Shown piece by piece: positions 18,567-27,746 of a stretch of 64,000 nt of DNA. Location of the stretch: positions 512,001 through 576,000 of the forward strand of contig CAVQKE010000004.1 in NCBI GenBank assembly GCA_963713045.1, read 5' to 3'. How positions within the stretch are numbered: position 1 is the stretch's first letter; each line of letters begins with the position of its first letter. The position numbers were made by a program, and so were the translations under genes. The notes under the pieces are model-generated. The model searched no databases, was not told where the DNA came from, and saw only the letters and a list, made by a program, of their open reading frames with translations. Source of the stretch: an uncultured delta proteobacterium. Lineage in GTDB: Bacteria; Myxococcota; Myxococcia; Myxococcales; Myxococcaceae.

Positions 18567-20456
18567 ATGCGCTGTTCTCGCCTGACGGTCTCGTTGCTGC
18601 TCGTCTTCGGGAGCCTTGCCGAGGCACGGGTGGGGGGCGGCCATCACTACTCGAGCCCCTCCCGCTCGGGCCCTGCTCATGCTCCAAGCTGGAGCTCCAA
18701 CAGGAGTGCTCCAAGCGGGCTTTCGTTCGGGCGGTCGGGTATTTCGCCGGTCTACTTTGCCTTGGACCCTACCCTCCTCCTGCTGCTGATTCTCTTGGCT
18801 GTCGTTGTCAGGGTACTCCTCAGACGGGCCTTTGGATTGACCGCTGTCACCCAACGTGCACTCGCCGAGCAGGATGCGATCGCCCGCTTGGACGTCACTT
18901 CTGGCATGCGTCAGGGATGGGTCGCTACCCTTCAGCGGCGGGACCCCGGCTTCGCGGAGGGCTCATTTCTCGAGCGCGTTCGGTCCCTATTCTTGTCGAC
19001 GCAAGAAGCCTGGTCGCACCGAGACCTTGTCCCTGTGAGACGCTTTCTCTCGGACGCCACATGGCAACGGTTCCGCGTTCAGCTCGGGCTTCTGCGAGCG
19101 CAAGGGGTTCGCAACTTCACTTCGGACGTGGAAGTCACCGGCTTGGAGTTGGTGGGCTTCGAGCAAAATGACTGGTTCGACACGCTGCACGTCGCTGTTC
19201 ATGCACGCGCCCGCGACGTCGACGTGCCAGCCGATTGGCCCGACGCGCAGGTACGCGCCGCCGCGTCTCACGCGCAAGTTCAGCCATTCATCGAGGTCTG
19301 GAGCCTGGTACGGAAGCCCGGCGTACAGAGTCGCGGGGAAAGCGCGCTCGCGGCCCGACAGTGCCCGAGCTGCGGTGCCCCCTTTGAGGGAGGTGCGACC
19401 AGCAGCTGTTCCTACTGCCACGCTGTCGTAAACAGTGGAGCGTACGACTGGGTCCTGGCCGAAATCACGCAAGCGGTAGAAGCACGGAGAGCAGACGAAG
19501 CCGTGCCAGGGCTGGACGCGCTCCGGGAGCGCGACCCTGCCCTGTCGCTCGAGGTTCTCGAAGACCGGGTTAGCCTGGTCTTTTGGCGCTGGGTCGAGGC
19601 CCAGAGCACCGGGCAACCGGAGCGGCTGGCACGGCTCGCTGAGGCTGCCGCCGTCGAAAGGTTGCGCGCCGATGTGGACCGCCTCGCACAACACCAGTCG
19701 AGGCGGGTATTTCTTGAGTGTGCGGTCGGAGAAGTCCGGGTTCGCGGCTTCGAGAACGCGACGGACGGGCGCACACTGGCACATGTTGAGGTTCGTTGGA
19801 GCGCCCGTACCGGCGTCGGTCCACTCGGGAAAGCTCCTCCGAAGCTCCCGGTTATTCCGCAGCGTTGGGTCTTCACCGTTGCCCGGGCCGGCGAGGCAAC
19901 GACCCGCGCCGAAAACGGCATGTCAACCGACCGGTGTCCTCAGTGTGGAGGCCCCCTGGGGGACGAGCTCAACCCGAAATGTCAATGGTGCGACGCGCTG
20001 CTCGCTGGGGACCTTCGCGACTGGACACTCGCCGAGGCGTGTCCGGTAGAAGCCTGGGCAGGTCGACCTGGACCGGTCTCCAGCTCGAGCTCCGCCGCCC
20101 TTCCAGGCTTCCCGGACGTTGAGGAGCGCGAGCGTCTGCTTTACGTCATGGCCGCCATGGCGATGGCGGACGGGGTCGTAGACCAACGTGAACGGAGGCT
20201 GCTCGTCCAGTGCGCTGAGCGCTGGGGCGTGCCGGTGGACCATGTGGACGTCGCCCTGGGGGCCGGGCTGGCTTCGCTAGACACGTTGGTCCCGAACGCC
20301 CATGCCGGCGAGCCCTTCCTGCGGGCCCTCGCTCAACTGGCCCGTGTTGACGGGAGAGTCGACGCCTCGGAGCGCCGCTTACTCGAAGCCGTGGCGTCTC
20401 GGCTGGGTTTGGTCGAAAAGCTGCCTGCCGTGCTTGCGTCCGTCGGCGCGAACTAG
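18567..20456 (+). CDS. Membrane protein with two Tim44-like/Zn-ribbon repeats and a C-terminal TerB-like domain
   Basis: Signal/TM with ARVGGG; RDPGF/RDPAL Tim44-like units; CPSCG...CSYC and CPQCG...CQWC; MAMADGVVDQRE and LARVDGRVDASE. Confidence 0.75.
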   Translation: MRCSRLTVSLLLVFGSLAEARVGGGHHYSSPSRSGPAHAPSWSSNRSAPSGLSFGRSGISPVYFALDPTLLLLLILLAVVVRVLLRRAFGLTAVTQRALAEQDAIARLDVTSGMRQGWVATLQRRDPGFAEGSFLERVRSLFLSTQEAWSHRDLVPVRRFLSDATWQRFRVQLGLLRAQGVRNFTSDVEVTGLELVGFEQNDWFDTLHVAVHARARDVDVPADWPDAQVRAAASHAQVQPFIEVWSLVRKPGVQSRGESALAARQCPSCGAPFEGGATSSCSYCHAVVNSGAYDWVLAEITQAVEARRADEAVPGLDALRERDPALSLEVLEDRVSLVFWRWVEAQSTGQPERLARLAEAAAVERLRADVDRLAQHQSRRVFLECAVGEVRVRGFENATDGRTLAHVEVRWSARTGVGPLGKAPPKLPVIPQRWVFTVARAGEATTRAENGMSTDRCPQCGGPLGDELNPKCQWCDALLAGDLRDWTLAEACPVEAWAGRPGPVSSSSSAALPGFPDVEERERLLYVMAAMAMADGVVDQRERRLLVQCAERWGVPVDHVDVALGAGLASLDTLVPNAHAGEPFLRALAQLARVDGRVDASERRLLEAVASRLGLVEKLPAVLASVGAN

Positions 20457-20461
20457 GTGCG

Positions 20462-21439
20462 TTAGCGCGCGTGTCGGGTTCGCGCGATGAGGCGGTCCCG
20501 TTCGCCCAGTGCCGCCTGCAGGTATTTGCCGGGAAGTTTGCGGCCAATCAGTTCCTGTGCAAGCTCGCCCGCGTCCACCAACCGCGCCAGGTCGATCCCA
20601 GTCTGAACTCCCATCCCATGAAGGAGATTGACCAGGTCCTCGGTCGCAAGGTTCCCTGCAGCACCCGGGGCGTAGGGACAGCCACCGAGACCGCCAATGC
20701 TGGCGTCGAGAGTCGTCACGCCATACGTTAAGCCCACCAGGGCGTTGGCGAGCGCTGTCCCCCGTGTGTCGTGTAAGTGTAGCGCGAGCTTTTCCACCGG
20801 CACCCGCCGTAGGACGGCGTCGAGAATCGCTTCGGTCTGGGTCGGTATCCCAACTCCAATCGTGTCGCCCAAGCTGAGCTGATAGACGCCGAGGTCCAGC
20901 AGCCGCCCTGCAAGGTCGACCACCGTCGGGATGGATGTCACGCCCTCGTAGGGGCAGCCCCAGACGACAGAGAGGTAGGCGCGCACTCGCATGCCGGACG
21001 CGAGGGCTCCTTTGGCCACTGCGCCCGCAACATGGAGGGCTTCGGCAATCGACTTATTGATGTTCTTGCGTGAATGAGTTTCGGTAGCCGACGCGAACAC
21101 AGCCGCCTCGGCAAGGCCCGCCGCCTTCGCTCGTTCGAGTCCTTTGAGGTTGGGGACGAGCGCCGAATAGATGACGTTCGTGGGCCGCTCGAGCCGCGCC
21201 AGGAGCTCGTCGGCATCCGCCAGCTGAGGAACCCATTTCGAACTGACGAACGACGTGACCTCGATGCGCCGCTCGCCGGCAGCCACGAGCGCCGTGACCA
21301 GTCGGAGCTTGTCCTTAAGAGGCACCGAGCGCAGCTCGTTCTGGAGCCCGTCGCGCGGTCCGACCTCATAGACGTCAACGCGGGGAGGAAAGCGAGCTCC
21401 CAGCTTCAGGGGCGGCTCTGGATGTGTCCCCGGATCCAC
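20462..21439 (-). CDS. Hydroxymethylglutaryl-CoA lyase
   Basis: [55 protein letters not shown]. Confidence 0.95.
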   Translation of the reverse strand: MDPGTHPEPPLKLGARFPPRVDVYEVGPRDGLQNELRSVPLKDKLRLVTALVAAGERRIEVTSFVSSKWVPQLADADELLARLERPTNVIYSALVPNLKGLERAKAAGLAEAAVFASATETHSRKNINKSIAEALHVAGAVAKGALASGMRVRAYLSVVWGCPYEGVTSIPTVVDLAGRLLDLGVYQLSLGDTIGVGIPTQTEAILDAVLRRVPVEKLALHLHDTRGTALANALVGLTYGVTTLDASIGGLGGCPYAPGAAGNLATEDLVNLLHGMGVQTGIDLARLVDAGELAQELIGRKLPGKYLQAALGERDRLIARTRHAR

Positions 21440-21810
21440 TGAACGATGTCCTGGGTAGAGCTTCCTGGGGTGAATATCTCCGCGACGCCTAACTTCTTGA
21501 GTCGGGGAATATCGTCGTCCGGAATAATGCCACCGCCGAAGACCCCGATGTCCCCCGCGCCCTTCGCCCTGAGGAGGTCGATTACCGCCGGAAACAAGGT
21601 CATGTGAGCACCGGACATAATCGACAGCCCGACAGCATCCACGTCCTCCTGCACTGCCGCGCTCGCAATCATCTCCGGCGTCTGGTGCAGGCCTGTGTAG
21701 ATGACTTCCATCCCGGCGTCGCGCAGCGCGCGCGCAATGATTTTTGCGCCGCGGTCATGCCCGTCGAGTCCCGGCTTGGCGACGAGGATTCTGAGGGTGT
21801 GTTCGGCCAT
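21406..21810 (-). CDS. Cobalamin-binding small subunit of acyl-CoA mutase (IcmB/MutB-like)
   Basis: [13 protein letters not shown] (DxHxxG), [23 protein letters not shown] at 21810. Confidence 0.93.
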   Translation of the reverse strand: MAEHTLRILVAKPGLDGHDRGAKIIARALRDAGMEVIYTGLHQTPEMIASAAVQEDVDAVGLSIMSGAHMTLFPAVIDLLRAKGAGDIGVFGGGIIPDDDIPRLKKLGVAEIFTPGSSTQDIVQWIRGHIQSRP

Positions 21811-21827
21811 GGCTGGCTCTGTGCTGG

Positions 21828-23639
21828 CTAGAAAACGCCTCCCTCGCGGTACTGCCCCCAAACCTTGCGAAACACGTCGCTGACCTCACCCAGGGTTGCA
21901 TAGGCCTTCACCGCGGCCAGGACGGGAGGCATCAGATTGTCGGTCCCTCGCGCGGCGGCCTCCACTTCTGCAAGGGTACTCTCTACGGCCCGGGGGTCTC
22001 GCTCGGCCCTCAAGCGTTGGAGGCGGGCAATCTGAGTCTCGGCAACTTGGTCGTCGATTTTCAAAATTTCTACTGGCTCCTGCTGTTCCGATTGAAACGC
22101 GTTCACGCCGACCACGAGCCGCTGTCCGTCTTCGACCTCACGCTGATAACGGTAGGCGCTCTCGCCAATCTCCTTCTGCGGATAGCCCTCCTCGACTGCT
22201 CGAATGATGCCGCCCATCTCGTCGATCCGTCGGAGATACCCCTGCGCCTGCCGTTCCATCTCGTCGGTCAAGTACTCAACGTAGTAGCTGCCTCCGAGCG
22301 GGTCGACCACTCGGTCCACGCCCGACTCGTGGGCAATAATCTGTTGGGTTCGCAGTGCCAGCATCACCGCGTCCTCGGTCGGAAGCGCGTAGGTTTCGTC
22401 GAGCGAGTTGGTGTGAAGAGATTGCGTTCCACCGAGCACCGCCGCGAGGGCCTGGAGTGTCGTCCGGACGACGTTGTTGTACGGCTGCTGGGCGGTCAGA
22501 CTCACGCCGGCCGTCTGAGCGTGGGTGCGCAACTGAAGGCTTCGGGGATCCCGGGCTCCGAAACGGTCGCGCATCACACCGGCCCAAATTCGGCGCGCGG
22601 CTCGGAATTTGGCGATTTCTTCGAAGAAGTCGTTATGGACGTCCCAGAAGAAGGACAAACGTGGCGCAAAGTCGTCCACCGCCAGGCCACGGTTCACGCA
22701 TTCCTCCACGTAGCCGATGCCGTCAGCCAACGTGAAGGCGAGTTCTTGAACTGCCGTCGCCCCTGCCTCGCGAATGTGATAGCCGCTGATGGATACGGCA
22801 TGCCAACGCGGCATGTGTCGACTGCAGTACTCAATCATGTCAACGACGATGCGCACCGCTGGTCGGGGCGGAACAATCCACTCCTTCTGAGCGATGTACT
22901 CCTTCAGCATGTCGTTCTGAATGGTCCCCCCCAGCCTCGCCATTGGGATGCCCTGCTGCTCACCAACCGCGATGTACATGCAGAGAGCTGCGATGGCCGA
23001 GGCGTTGATGGTCATCGAGGTGGTCACTTTGTCGAGCGGAATTCCGTCGAACAGGACCTCGAAGTCGCGTAACGAGGAAACAGCCACTCCTTCCTTGCCG
23101 ACCTCGCCCCGCGACATCGGATGATCAGCGTCGTACCCCATCAGCGCCGGCATATCGAACGCGGTGGAAAGGCCCGTCGTGCCGTGAGCCATCAAATACT
23201 TAAAGCGCCGATTGGTGTCCTCAGGCGAGCCGAACCCAGCGAACATCCGCATGGTCCAGAGACGGCCCCGGTACATGCTTGGCTGCACGCCTCGTGTGAA
23301 CGGATACTCCCCAGGTAGGCCAAGTTGCTCCTGGAGTTCGCCCCGGCAGTGAGCGGCCGTCAGCACCGCAGGAACCGGGACGCCGGAGTCCGTCGCGAAG
23401 GTGCCCTGACGCAGAGGCGTTTTTGCCACTGCGGGAGCGAGTGTCTCGGTTTCCCATCGGGTGACCTCGCGGGTCACCGCGCGCATTGCAGCTGAGTCAT
23501 ACAGCCGGGTCTTTCCGCCACGGTCGGACTTTGGGGCGTTCGCCTTGGGGGGGGACTCGACCCGGGCTGTGCGGCTGGAAAGACTTCGAGGAGCGTCCTT
23601 GGCAGCGCGACGGGGCGGGCGACGACGCTGGGAGGGCAT
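21828..23639 (-). CDS. B12-dependent acyl-CoA mutase large subunit (methylmalonyl-CoA mutase family; isobutyryl-CoA mutase-type residues)
   Basis: [73 protein letters not shown]; start uncertain (ATG 23639). Confidence 0.9.
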   Translation of the reverse strand: MPSQRRRPPRRAAKDAPRSLSSRTARVESPPKANAPKSDRGGKTRLYDSAAMRAVTREVTRWETETLAPAVAKTPLRQGTFATDSGVPVPAVLTAAHCRGELQEQLGLPGEYPFTRGVQPSMYRGRLWTMRMFAGFGSPEDTNRRFKYLMAHGTTGLSTAFDMPALMGYDADHPMSRGEVGKEGVAVSSLRDFEVLFDGIPLDKVTTSMTINASAIAALCMYIAVGEQQGIPMARLGGTIQNDMLKEYIAQKEWIVPPRPAVRIVVDMIEYCSRHMPRWHAVSISGYHIREAGATAVQELAFTLADGIGYVEECVNRGLAVDDFAPRLSFFWDVHNDFFEEIAKFRAARRIWAGVMRDRFGARDPRSLQLRTHAQTAGVSLTAQQPYNNVVRTTLQALAAVLGGTQSLHTNSLDETYALPTEDAVMLALRTQQIIAHESGVDRVVDPLGGSYYVEYLTDEMERQAQGYLRRIDEMGGIIRAVEEGYPQKEIGESAYRYQREVEDGQRLVVGVNAFQSEQQEPVEILKIDDQVAETQIARLQRLRAERDPRAVESTLAEVEAAARGTDNLMPPVLAAVKAYATLGEVSDVFRKVWGQYREGGVF

Positions 23640-23807
23640 GCTCGAGTCCCTAGCATTCGGATCCTGGCCTTTCAACAAGCCGGCTGGGCTGGGGAAAGCG
23701 CCTGAAGTCACTCGAGGTATGAAGTGGACCGGCCCTCGACTTCGAGGGTCCGCTCGGAAAACGAATCCGAGCATTATGCCTCCGGCTCGAGTCTTCGGAG
23801 CCAACAG

Positions 23808-23943
23808 TGCGCCATAAATGGCGCAGTAGATGCCAAATACGCGGTTTGTTGCTCACTAACCGGCGTAACGTATAACATGCTGTAATTACATCTAGTTTTC
23901 GATTTGCCGCTGCCTTGACTTCGCTACTACGTCCCCCTAGAAG
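23808..23943. promoter_or_regulatory. AT-rich divergent control region: palindromes and a candidate sigma70-type promoter for spt
   Basis: TGCGCCAT-AA-ATGGCGCA (23808-23825), perfect TGTAATTACA (23881-23890), and TTGACT-N17-TAGAAG (23915-23943) on the + strand. Confidence 0.5.
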
Positions 23944-24002
23944 CCACGCACCCGCGCATTCACTCTGGCGAACACGGCCCCTTTGGGAGGGGGCGCCCCC
24001 TT

Positions 24003-25538
24003 ATGAGCGATGTCTTCGACAAATGCGGGGCCTGGAAGGACTACCGCATTGCCAAAGCTGCCGGCCTCTATCCCTACTACCGGCCAATCGAGGCATCCCA
24101 CGCCAGCACCGAGGTTGACATCGAAGGTCGCCGGGTGGTGATGGCCGGCTCCAATAACTACCTCGGCCTAGCGGGCGACCCTCGGGTCAAGGAAGCCGCT
24201 CAGAATGCGGTGAAGCGCTTCGGCAGCACGTGCTCAGGGAGCCGCCTTCTCAACGGAACGACGGTCCTGCACGAGGAGTTAGAGAACCGTTTCGCAAAGT
24301 TCCTGAATCGTGAGGCGGCGGTTGTCGTCTCGACGGGGTTTCAAACCAATCTCGCCGCCCTGTCGGCCTTGCTGGGGCGACACGACATCGTCTTCTCGGA
24401 TCGCGGGAACCATGCGAGCCTGGTCGACGGAATCCGGCTGTCATTTGGCGAGGAGCGCAAGTTCCGCCACAACGACGTCGACCACCTGCAGAAATTGCTC
24501 GAGGCGGCGGATCCAGATGCTGGAAAGATGATCGTCACCGATGGCGTCTTCTCGATGGAGGGAGATCTCGCCAACGTGCCGAAAATCGTCGAGCTGGCCC
24601 AGCGGTACCGTGCCCGCGTGATGATTGACGACGCCCATTCGATGGGCGTCCTCGGCGAATACGGGCGCGGTGTCGCCGAGTATTTTGGCCTCGAGGCCAA
24701 CACCGACCTCGTAATGGGCACCTTCAGCAAGAGCTTCGCTTCGCTCGGCGGAGTGCTCGCTGGACCCTTCGAAGTCATCAACTATATCAAGCATCGGTCG
24801 CGGCCAGTCATCTTTAGCGCTTCGATGACCCCCGCTGCGGTGGCGGCAGCCCTCAAGGCGCTCGAGATTGTCGAGGCCGAGCCTCAGCGGCGCTCGCGAC
24901 TCATGGACATCGCCGAGAAGATGCACAACGGGCTCCGCGCGATGGGGTACGACACCGGTGTCTCTGTGACGCCAGTCGTTCCGGTGCTCATCGGCGACCA
25001 AGTGAAGTGCTTCCGCTTCTGGAAGACGCTGTTCGAGGCCGGCGTATTCGCCAACCCGGTCATCCCTCCGGCTGTCGAACCAGGTCATTCGCTGATTCGA
25101 ACGAGCTATATGGCCACCCACACCGATGCCCAACTGGAGCGGGTCCTCGAAGCGTTTGAGAAGGTTGGGAGGAAAATGGGGGTCATTCCGGAGACGCGCC
25201 CAAGCAGCTTCGTGCCGGTGAAGGTGGCGCGTCCGGGCACCTTCGTCATGTCGAACCAGGCGACGCAGCGCTGGGCGGCGGCATCGGCCGGCTTGTTAGC
25301 TGACCGCGGCTTGTCCCTCGAGGCACTCGCACGGCTCTCTTCTCGCGAGGTTGCTCGGAAGCTCTCCGATGCAGTGGAAACTCTTACCTGGCGGGCGGCA
25401 AATCTCCAGCCCGACGACCTCAAGCGACTAGGCGCGGCGCCTCTCAGACTTTGGGGCATGCGTACCGAACTCCCCGGCCTGCTCCTCGAAAAGGGTGCCA
25501 ATCTCTTCTTGAAGAACGGACAGCACCCGGAGGTCTAA
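24003..25538 (+). CDS. spt: Serine palmitoyltransferase (AOS-family PLP enzyme) with C-terminal extension
   Basis: GLYPYYRPI, GSNNYLGL, GSRLLNGT, NHASLVDG, DGVFSMEGD, DDAHSMG and PLP-Lys motif GTFSKSF (SPT type); followed by bCerS and reductase genes. Confidence 0.88.
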   Translation: MSDVFDKCGAWKDYRIAKAAGLYPYYRPIEASHASTEVDIEGRRVVMAGSNNYLGLAGDPRVKEAAQNAVKRFGSTCSGSRLLNGTTVLHEELENRFAKFLNREAAVVVSTGFQTNLAALSALLGRHDIVFSDRGNHASLVDGIRLSFGEERKFRHNDVDHLQKLLEAADPDAGKMIVTDGVFSMEGDLANVPKIVELAQRYRARVMIDDAHSMGVLGEYGRGVAEYFGLEANTDLVMGTFSKSFASLGGVLAGPFEVINYIKHRSRPVIFSASMTPAAVAAALKALEIVEAEPQRRSRLMDIAEKMHNGLRAMGYDTGVSVTPVVPVLIGDQVKCFRFWKTLFEAGVFANPVIPPAVEPGHSLIRTSYMATHTDAQLERVLEAFEKVGRKMGVIPETRPSSFVPVKVARPGTFVMSNQATQRWAAASAGLLADRGLSLEALARLSSREVARKLSDAVETLTWRAANLQPDDLKRLGAAPLRLWGMRTELPGLLLEKGANLFLKNGQHPEV

Positions 25539-25545
25539 GGCGTTC

Positions 25546-26730
25546 ATGGCTGTTTCGGCGAAGAAGCTGCGGACGGCGGTGGCTGGGGCAACCTCCCAGG
25601 CCGACGTGACAGTGACGCCCGCGCAGTCGTCGGGAGACCGCGAAGCCTTCATCCGGTTCCCCTACGACCTTTACCGGGGCGACCCGAATTGGGTGCCTCC
25701 CTTGGAGATGGAGCGCCGGGATTTTCTCGATCCGAAAAAGAATCCTTGGTTTCAATTCGGAGTTGCCGAGCTGTTTCTCGCACGACGCGACGGCAAGGTC
25801 GTGGGGCGCATCGCGGGAGTGGTCGACCCACGTTACAACGAGTTTCACGGGAGCAATCTCGGCTTCTTCGGAATGTTCGAGAGCATCAATGACGAAGCTG
25901 TCGCGCGCGGACTGTTCGACGCTGCTTCCGCTTGGCTCAAAGCTCAGGGCTTCCCGGAGATGCTGGGGCCGCTCAACTTTTCGACCAACTACGAATGCTC
26001 GGTCTTGGTGGAAGGCTTTGAGGCATCCCCAGCCGTCATGATGGCGTACAACCCACGCTATTACCCGGCGCTTTACGAGGCTTGCGGCTTCACGAAAGCC
26101 AAGGACTTGTGGGCTTTTGACGTCGCCTCGTCGCAGCCGCCTCCGGAGAAGGTGGTTCGGGTGGCGGAGAAGATTCGACAACGAAGCGGTGTCGTCGTGC
26201 GGCCCGTTCGAATGTCAGACTTCGCCGCCGAAGTGCAGAGAGTCAAGGACATCTACAACGCTGCGTGGGAGAACAACTGGGGCTTCGTCCCGATGACCGA
26301 AGCAGAGTTCGACCACATGGCCAAGGACATGAAGCCCTTGGTCGTCCCGGAGCTGTTGCTCATCGCGGAGGTCAAGGGCGAGCCGGTCGCCTTCTCGATG
26401 ACCATTCCTGATGCCAACTACGCGCTCAAGGCAGCTGGGGGACGGCTCACGCGGTTCGGCCTTCCCATCGGCTTGGTGAAGCTGGCGCTCGCTGCCCGCC
26501 GCATTCGGCGGCTTCGGCTGATAACCCTCGGCATCAAGTCGGGCTTTCGGCGGCAAGGCCTGGACGCAATCCTCTACCTCGACACCATCACCACGGCACG
26601 ACGGCTAGGTTACAGCGGAGGAGAAGTCTCGTGGACGCTCGAGGACAATCACCTCGTTAACCGCGCCATCGAATCCATGGGCGGCGTGCGTTCCAAGACG
26701 TACCGAATCTACCAACGTCCCATTGCCTAA
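25546..26730 (+). CDS. Bacterial ceramide synthase (bCerS), tandem-GNAT N-acyltransferase, copy 1
   Basis: WVPPL, NPWF, VVGRIA, FFGMFES, GPLNFSTNYE, MMAYNPRYY, AWENNWGFVP, PDAN, EVSWTLEDN, KTYRIY; starts 7 nt after spt. Confidence 0.82.
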   Translation: MAVSAKKLRTAVAGATSQADVTVTPAQSSGDREAFIRFPYDLYRGDPNWVPPLEMERRDFLDPKKNPWFQFGVAELFLARRDGKVVGRIAGVVDPRYNEFHGSNLGFFGMFESINDEAVARGLFDAASAWLKAQGFPEMLGPLNFSTNYECSVLVEGFEASPAVMMAYNPRYYPALYEACGFTKAKDLWAFDVASSQPPPEKVVRVAEKIRQRSGVVVRPVRMSDFAAEVQRVKDIYNAAWENNWGFVPMTEAEFDHMAKDMKPLVVPELLLIAEVKGEPVAFSMTIPDANYALKAAGGRLTRFGLPIGLVKLALAARRIRRLRLITLGIKSGFRRQGLDAILYLDTITTARRLGYSGGEVSWTLEDNHLVNRAIESMGGVRSKTYRIYQRPIA

Positions 26731-26744
26731 GCCGCCCCTTCCGG

Positions 26745-27746
26745 ATGCGCGCTCTTTTGACTGGCGGAAGCGGCTTTGTGGGCGGTGCCCTCGCGCGGCA
26801 TCTCTGCCACCGGGGCGATAGTGTGACGGCGCTGGTCCGCCGAAGCTCGCGCAGTGAGGCGCTTCGCGCCCTTGGCGTCAAGCTGGTGGAAGGCGACCTC
26901 ACCACTGGTGAGGGCTTGGACGAGGCACTCGACCAGGTCGAAGTGGTGTACCACCTGGCCGGTGTTACCAAGGCCGCGTCCGAGGAGGGCTACACCCTCG
27001 GCAACGCCCGGGCGACGCGCCTTCTCGTTTTGGCCGCGGCTCGCCGGAGCTCTCCGCCGCGCCTGGTAGTCTGCTCATCGCTTGCCGCAGCGGGCCCGGC
27101 CCGCCTTGACCACCCGCGCTCGGAGCAGGAAGTCGCGCAGCCGGTCTCCATGTACGGGCGGAGCAAGCTCGCTGCCGAGGCCGAAGTCCGGGCCGAAGCT
27201 GATTCGGTGCGCGCCATTGTTCTTCGGCCCCCCTTCGTTTACGGCCCTGGCGATGTCGTCAATCTCCCGCCGCTCTTGGCAATGGCACGTCACGGCGTGT
27301 TCCTAAAGGCCGGCTTCGGGCGGAAACAGTTCTCCTTCATCTACGTCGATGACCTGTGCGAGGCCCTTGTCGCTGCAGCCGAGCGAGGTGAGACCCTCTC
27401 CGCAGCTGACCCGACGCGAGGCATCTACTTTGTCGCCGACCCACGGACCTATGCATGGGAGGATTTCTGCCAAGCGCTCTCTCGCGCTCTCGGCCGGCGG
27501 AGCGCACGGGTACTATCCGTTCCGGAGTCTGTGGGATGGCTCGCCGCCGCCGGCTCGGAGCTGACAGCGCGCGTTCGGGGCACAGTCTCCATACTCAACC
27601 GGGACAAAGCCCGCGAGATGGCGCAGGAAGCCTGGACCTGCTCGCCGGCGCGAGCGGTGACCGCTCTGGCCTTTCGCGCCCAGTACCCCCTGGAGCAGGG
27701 ACTCGCCCACACCATCGCCTGGTATCGTCAACAAGGATTGGTCTGA
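26745..27746 (+). CDS. Extended SDR (NAD-dependent epimerase family), likely ceramide/3-ketosphinganine reductase (CerR-like)
   Basis: TGGSGFVG, HLAGVTKA, SSLAAAGP, YGRSK (YxxxK), RPPFVYGPGD; sits inside the spt operon. Confidence 0.75.
   Translation: MRALLTGGSGFVGGALARHLCHRGDSVTALVRRSSRSEALRALGVKLVEGDLTTGEGLDEALDQVEVVYHLAGVTKAASEEGYTLGNARATRLLVLAAARRSSPPRLVVCSSLAAAGPARLDHPRSEQEVAQPVSMYGRSKLAAEAEVRAEADSVRAIVLRPPFVYGPGDVVNLPPLLAMARHGVFLKAGFGRKQFSFIYVDDLCEALVAAAERGETLSAADPTRGIYFVADPRTYAWEDFCQALSRALGRRSARVLSVPESVGWLAAAGSELTARVRGTVSILNRDKAREMAQEAWTCSPARAVTALAFRAQYPLEQGLAHTIAWYRQQGLV

Noticed and set aside
23640..23800. Cobalamin riboswitch upstream of the B12 mutase
   Set aside because: Only a CCCTCGA/TCGAGGG hairpin and a weak GCCAGGA match; no AGGGAA, GCCACTG or full B12-box elements were seen.
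21828..23804. Label as methylmalonyl-CoA mutase, with a start at 23804
   Set aside because: Phe/Gln replace the Tyr/Arg carboxylate-binding residues. The extra N-terminal 55 codons run into the probable promoter region and do not resemble the family.
24003..25538. BioF or Kbl instead of SPT
   Set aside because: The GTFSKS PLP motif, the YPYYRxI N-terminus and the adjacent bCerS/SDR genes favour SPT; no bio or tdh genes are nearby.
27455..27745. Extended N-terminus of the second bCerS (493-aa ORF)
   Set aside because: It overlaps the reductase; ATG 27746 is coupled to the reductase stop and gives a length similar to copy 1.
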